Shown here piece after piece: positions 59,100-64,000 of a DNA stretch of 64,000 nucleotides. The DNA comes from Trichinella spiralis (lineage: Eukaryota): NCBI RefSeq assembly GCF_000181795.1, contig NW_003526943.1:7709566-7773565 (forward strand), given 5' to 3'. Below the pieces are notes generated by a model, which was given only the letters and a program-made list of their open reading frames with translations, was not told where the DNA came from and did no database searches. The first letter of the stretch is position 1, and each line of letters begins with the position of its first letter. A program made the position numbers and the translations under genes.

Positions 59100-59232
59100 C
59101 AGTAGCGTTGATAAGCGAGGGGGCAACTTGGGCGGCCACCCTTTCCTCTATTGAAAAAATTTAATGCAACTCTCACGATGCCCATCCTCTGGGTCCCAAA
59201 TAAATCTTCTGGATACTATATCCGTCCATCTG
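59100..59232. mobile_element. Short hAT-type MITE
   Basis: Perfect 8-bp TSD AGTACAAT (59092-59099 and 59233-59240), CAG...CTG termini; TGGGCGGC(C)ACCC shared with the element at 46606. Confidence 0.72.
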
Positions 59233-60597
59233 AGTACAATATAAAAGAATATGGATTTTGAATATTATATAATAATGCAAAACATTCTTCATGAATGCAA
59301 TTCTTTGAAAATTTTTTGCTTTTACTATAAGCAGTCACTGTTTTATTTTACTTCTCTTTAATTAAAAATTACTTATATTTCAGAAAGTTAAAATTTATCA
59401 AACATTCACTAAAAGTGAGAATGTTTGATAAACATTTTAACAAATATAACAAAGGCATCAATAAAATTCGTTTCAATTAAATGTTGTGCTCAAAAATGCA
59501 GCTCTCGTTAACTTGAAACTATGATTTACAAATGAATTTGTAATGTAATCAATGTTTATGCTTTATTTCATTTTATTTATTCAAAAATTTGATTAATGAT
59601 TAAATATCTTTTAAAATTTATATTCATACACATATGTAATAAAAATTTACTGCTATTTTCATTCGTTTTCAACATTAAATTAATAAGCAAATTATTACAT
59701 TAGTTATAAAATGTTTCATAAAATAACTGTTACCAAAAGAAAAAATGCATAGAAAAAAGACTTTAACTTAAAGTAAAAAATTAAATAGTATCTAACGAAT
59801 AGTTAAATATTTTTACGTTCAATATATGTTTATAAAAAATGAACTGACGTTAATATCAAGCTAAGTTGAAAACAACATGCTTAAGTTAAGCTGGAACGGA
59901 AGTTAAAAATTTTCTTATAAAAATTGCATAAAAGTTGCTATGAAGTAAATTTAATAAAATATTAATTAATCAAATATCAATTATTAATAACTTCTAATTA
60001 AAAATTATAGTATCTTCTACAGTTGTCAGAATCGTATTCGTGAATTTAAATCTACTGAACTTCCGCAAATCCATGCTAAGCGGCAGAGAAATAAATCAGT
60101 AAATAATTTTACAGTAAAAAATAAACGCCATGAGATTTAAGCACTGCTAAATATTTGCATTTTATTTTTTATACTGACAATAAAATAACTGTATGATTTA
60201 ATTTGCACTTGAAGATCAGAAACGATAACATTTTAAGTTAAAAATATTAATCGTTTGTTATATGAAGGAAGCAAATTTGTTACGCCTTATAATTGAAATT
60301 GAATAAATCTACCCATTTTCTGCAAGCACTGATAAAGCATAACGAATGCACTGGATCCTTTATTGAGAAAATGCACATTATATAAACGATCTTTTCAATA
60401 TTTGTTTCACTTTCATTGGTTAAAAACCCACGCGCACTGCTTTTAGTAACTTAAAAGAACATGGGAATTCAAAAAATATAATAATCAAAATTTCAAGCAG
60501 TTACATAATTATATTAAAATGAATATTCAGTTAAATAAAAATGAGCATTAACTGCTTTTGAAATGAAAAAAGCGTATAAATCACAGATAATATATTT

Positions 60598-62388
60598 TCA
60601 CTGAGCAGATTCAGGGCATTTTACACCTTCGAGACCACAACTGAAGGATACCGCCTCACCGATACTCTTAAAATAATATGAAACAATTTTTAAAAAATTG
60701 AAAATACAAATATATATATATGTAAAAGAATTAACCTACCAACTTGCAACTTTTTATCAAAGTTACGCTGTAGAAATTGAAATCTAAGGTTCTAAAAAGC
60801 AGACGCGTATCTGGCATCGCTGCCCACCACTGTCCAAGCATTGGGCGTATTTCACCGTCGTCCAATTCAACGGCTGAATTCACCACAAGCACAGCCAAAT
60901 TAAAATCTTTTGCCAAATTTCGCAATCTCAAACACGTTTTCATCGTCTTCTGTATTCCTGAACATTTACTAATAAATTAAATCAAATCAATCGATAAAAA
61001 GGTAAATCTTCAAAAAAGGCAACTTGCTAATCATTCGTTATAATTTGTATTTCTCATATTTAACAGTTACATTTAATATTTGAAACTCTCTTTATAACAT
61101 TACATTGTAATAAAGGAATCAAAAAAATCTCAATAAATATTATAAATGATTCTATTTTATAATTTTCAATTAATTTCTTTAATTTATATGTAATAATAAT
61201 CGATTTGAAATATCATTCCCATTCAATAAAGCATTGCACCTTATTTATGTTCAAACATTTTAATATTATTTATCATCATTTTCATTCGTTCAGTGAATTT
61301 TAAGTTTTGAAAATGCTTACTAACTGGTTTTGTCGACAATAATATATTTAATATCTGAAAATAATGCCATAGCATACCCATTTCCCCTTCTCCAAAAACA
61401 GTGGGCGATAAAATCGTTCCAACGTGATCCACCACTATTACTTTGAGCTTTGTTAAAATTCCTTCTGCATTCTGCAGAAAATTTCAGCTTCATCATAAAT
61501 AAATGTTCTTCAATAAAAGTTCAATTACCTGCTCAACACCTTCTAAAATTCTATTTAAATCATCATGGGAAACTGCAAATTCTACAACAACTTTACTCAG
61601 TAACTCATGAATAATCTGAAAGCATGCTGCAATCAAATCGTATATGCATAAAAAAACAAAAAAAAACCATGCAACTGAAAATATACCTGAATTTCTGAAG
61701 ATGATGTACGTGATAACAAAATTTCAGCCAAGCGTACACCTGAAAATCCGCCCGTTGTATCGATAAACAGTACGTGACCGCCTGTTTGCTTCACCAGATT
61801 GGCGACAAAAGTTAAGCAAAACTTCAAACAGAACATTTGAAATTTTATATTTTGAATGAATTTCATATAATGAATTTAATGACAGTATAAAACCTGCGTC
61901 TTTCCACTACCAACCGGACCAACCAATTCTGTCAACTCGCTCGAGTAGATGCCACCTTTGAGCATTCTATCTATTCTACAATAAATTGCTATTATCGTTA
62001 AAATTATTTAAAAAATAAAAAAAATACGCTTCATATCCAGTTGAAAATGCACAGATATTTTGATACATGTCACTGTAGAGATCAATGCCGCTGAACATTT
62101 TCAGCGTACAGTCAGGATTACAAGCACAACGATAGCCGGAAACGTCTCCTCTCATATTCATATTTTCCAAAAAAAGAAACAATAATCAAATGTATATTAC
62201 TAAAAATTGAAATTAAATTGAAAAAAGAGAATTTTATTTTTTTAATAATAAAAGTCAGCCAGACAATCAGATTCAATTTCAGATGTGGAGTTCAAATTAG
62301 TTTTCTCAACGTTCAACAAGTCAAAAATGACGCTACCAAAGTTAACAGAACGGATATAAATTAAAAGTGTAAAACATTTTTTCTTCAT
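60598..62388 (-). CDS. RAD51D: RAD51 paralog, RAD51D-like, multi-exon; start codon uncertain (62388 or 62426)
   Basis: SGIDLYSDMYQNICAFSTGYEAIDRMLKGGIYSSELTELVGPVGSGKTQ (Walker A), VLFIDTTGGFSGVRL, KVIVVDHVGTILSP (Walker B) and LRNLAKDFNLAVLVVN...RPMLGQWWAAMPDTRL parallel vertebrate RAD51D motifs. Confidence 0.88.
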
Positions 62389-63004
62389 GCTACTTTCACG
62401 GTAAATAATTTACCATTGGCCTTCATTTGTAATTAGAATATTTGAATAAGAATTCAAATTTTAACAATATACGCTATTATAATTATACGTCAGAAACTGT
62501 TCGCAATTGATTTATTTGATGTAAATCGTGTATGTTCGAAAATTATCGGATATTTTTAAATTCAAATTTAATTTTTATCATAATTTTAATACATTCTTAA
62601 GCAATCGCGTAAACAGATAGTAACTACAGTATAGCACTTCAATTAAGATGTAAGAAAATAATAAAACATTTTAGACATTTAATTATATAAAATAATATTT
62701 TAAAAATATTTTAAGATATATTTTTTATTTATAATTAATATTCATGTTAATTTCAGGCATAATTTTATGTGCTAATTTGTTAATTGGAATTTTAAAAGAA
62801 CTTCCGCATCTCAGTCTGTAAAAAATAATTTTAATTTTTTCTTAATAATAAATTTATTTTTAAAATTAATTTCAGTTAATAATTGCATTTTAATAAATAA
62901 TCACGAAAATTTACAGAGCACTTTTTGTGCTACAGTATTCACGCCTGCTTTTCTATTCTATACCATAAATTAGTTGCATTGTGCTTCGAACGGTTTTGAG
63001 TGCG

Positions 63005-64000
63005 ATGGAAGGCGCGACGGAGGAAAATTTGGAATTGCAATTCAGAGAGCTTTGTAAGAGTTTGTTGTTGGGAGACGCGAGAATTGACATCGCTTGGCGC
63101 GGGTTTGAAGCGGTCCGGCGTCAGTGTCTCCTTTCTGATGATCCGATGAAATGGCTCGCTTGTTCAGTGTATGTCGCTTGTTGGCTATGTTCGTCGTCGG
63201 TCGCTCCTCCCGCGGACCGAAAAGCGCTTCCAGTTGACATAATGAAAACATTCAACGTGCCCATCGTACAGTTTTTCGACAGTATTGTCAAATGGGTGGA
63301 CATGGCCAACATGACGCCACGATCCTACCAGCATGTTGTACGATTGGAAAACAGTTTTGCAGTGTCTACTGTACTGTTTAGTCGATTTTTGTCAATTTTT
63401 TCAAAATTAATCTCTACCGACGATGTGAAAATCAGCTCAGCAGATGGTGGTGAGTACAGTACACCTTGTAAAAAGTTGAAATCAAACAATGACCCAGTTA
63501 CATCACAGTCGATGAAAGAATTTGCCTGGTTATTGTGGATTTACATTCGTAAATCGATAGGTGGTATATCGGACAATTTGATACACGGTTTCAATTTACT
63601 GCTTTGCATGTTTGACACTGTAATTAGCAATGTTTCGTTGGTGGAAGAGAAAGAATTGTTTAAAGTTGATTCGTTGCCCACATGCGATGGTCGTTTATTG
63701 GACGCTCTTTGTTTGAAATTCGACGCCGTGGTGATGGATGTGAAATTTGCCCGAGCAGAATGGTGGGCTCCGAAACTTCAAGCTCTGATAGCGTCGTCGA
63801 TTTTGAAAGGCGATTCGAAAACGTTCACCAGTTTGCTCACCGGCGACAACTTCCGGTTCAACTTGGACTCGTTGCACAAGCATTACGAAGAGCTGTTGCT
63901 GAAGAAAGGGGATTTGGACGAGCGAATTTTTCTCAACGAAGTCGACTACAGTCTGCTGCAAAGTGGTGCCAAGAAGAAGTCGCCATCCAGAACACCGGAC
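63005..64000 (+). CDS. Retinoblastoma-family pocket protein (p107/p130/LIN-35-like), N-terminal part; continues beyond the window
   Basis: Open frame of 332 codons with no stop (hence absent from the ORF track): LQFRELCKSL, KWLACSVYVACW, FFDSIVKWVDMANM, RLENSFAVSTVLF, FAWLLW, DNLIHGFNLLLC, SLHKHYEELLLKKGDLDERIFL, SP/TP CDK sites. Matches the RBL1/RBL2 N-terminal domain. Confidence 0.9.
   Translation, partial: MEGATEENLELQFRELCKSLLLGDARIDIAWRGFEAVRRQCLLSDDPMKWLACSVYVACWLCSSSVAPPADRKALPVDIMKTFNVPIVQFFDSIVKWVDMANMTPRSYQHVVRLENSFAVSTVLFSRFLSIFSKLISTDDVKISSADGGEYSTPCKKLKSNNDPVTSQSMKEFAWLLWIYIRKSIGGISDNLIHGFNLLLCMFDTVISNVSLVEEKELFKVDSLPTCDGRLLDALCLKFDAVVMDVKFARAEWWAPKLQALIASSILKGDSKTFTSLLTGDNFRFNLDSLHKHYEELLLKKGDLDERIFLNEVDYSLLQSGAKKKSPSRTPD

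Overview
AT-rich eukaryotic genomic DNA with many short (~55-70 nt) GT-AG introns and TTTCAG-type acceptors. This suggests a nematode, possibly Trichinella-like clade I (inference only). There are three assembly gaps. Genes recognised from left to right: the 3' end of a serpentine 7TM receptor, an intronless SEC14/CRAL-TRIO+GOLD protein, RPS26, eIF5A, an M17 leucyl aminopeptidase, an unknown Thr/acidic protein with tandemly repeated exon-intron units, a C2H2 zinc-finger protein, RUVBL2 followed ~70 bp later by FIGNL1 (operon-like), a probably disrupted REEP5/DP1 gene carrying tRNA-derived repeats, engrailed in a ~19 kb gene-poor block, RAD51D, and head-to-head with it the 5' part of a retinoblastoma-family gene that the ORF track missed. 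Intergenic DNA holds many small transposon relics: a pogo-like MITE, solo LTRs with TSDs, a decayed Ty3/gypsy RT, an internally deleted piggyBac, two hAT MITEs with 8-bp TSDs, and a MULE-like repeat. The most interesting unexplained signals are a recurring TACGGTAT/TACAGTAT motif upstream of housekeeping genes, the 139-bp exon+intron tandem array, and the tandem tRNA-like Pol III units. I found no clear wholly novel system. All gene models were built by eye.
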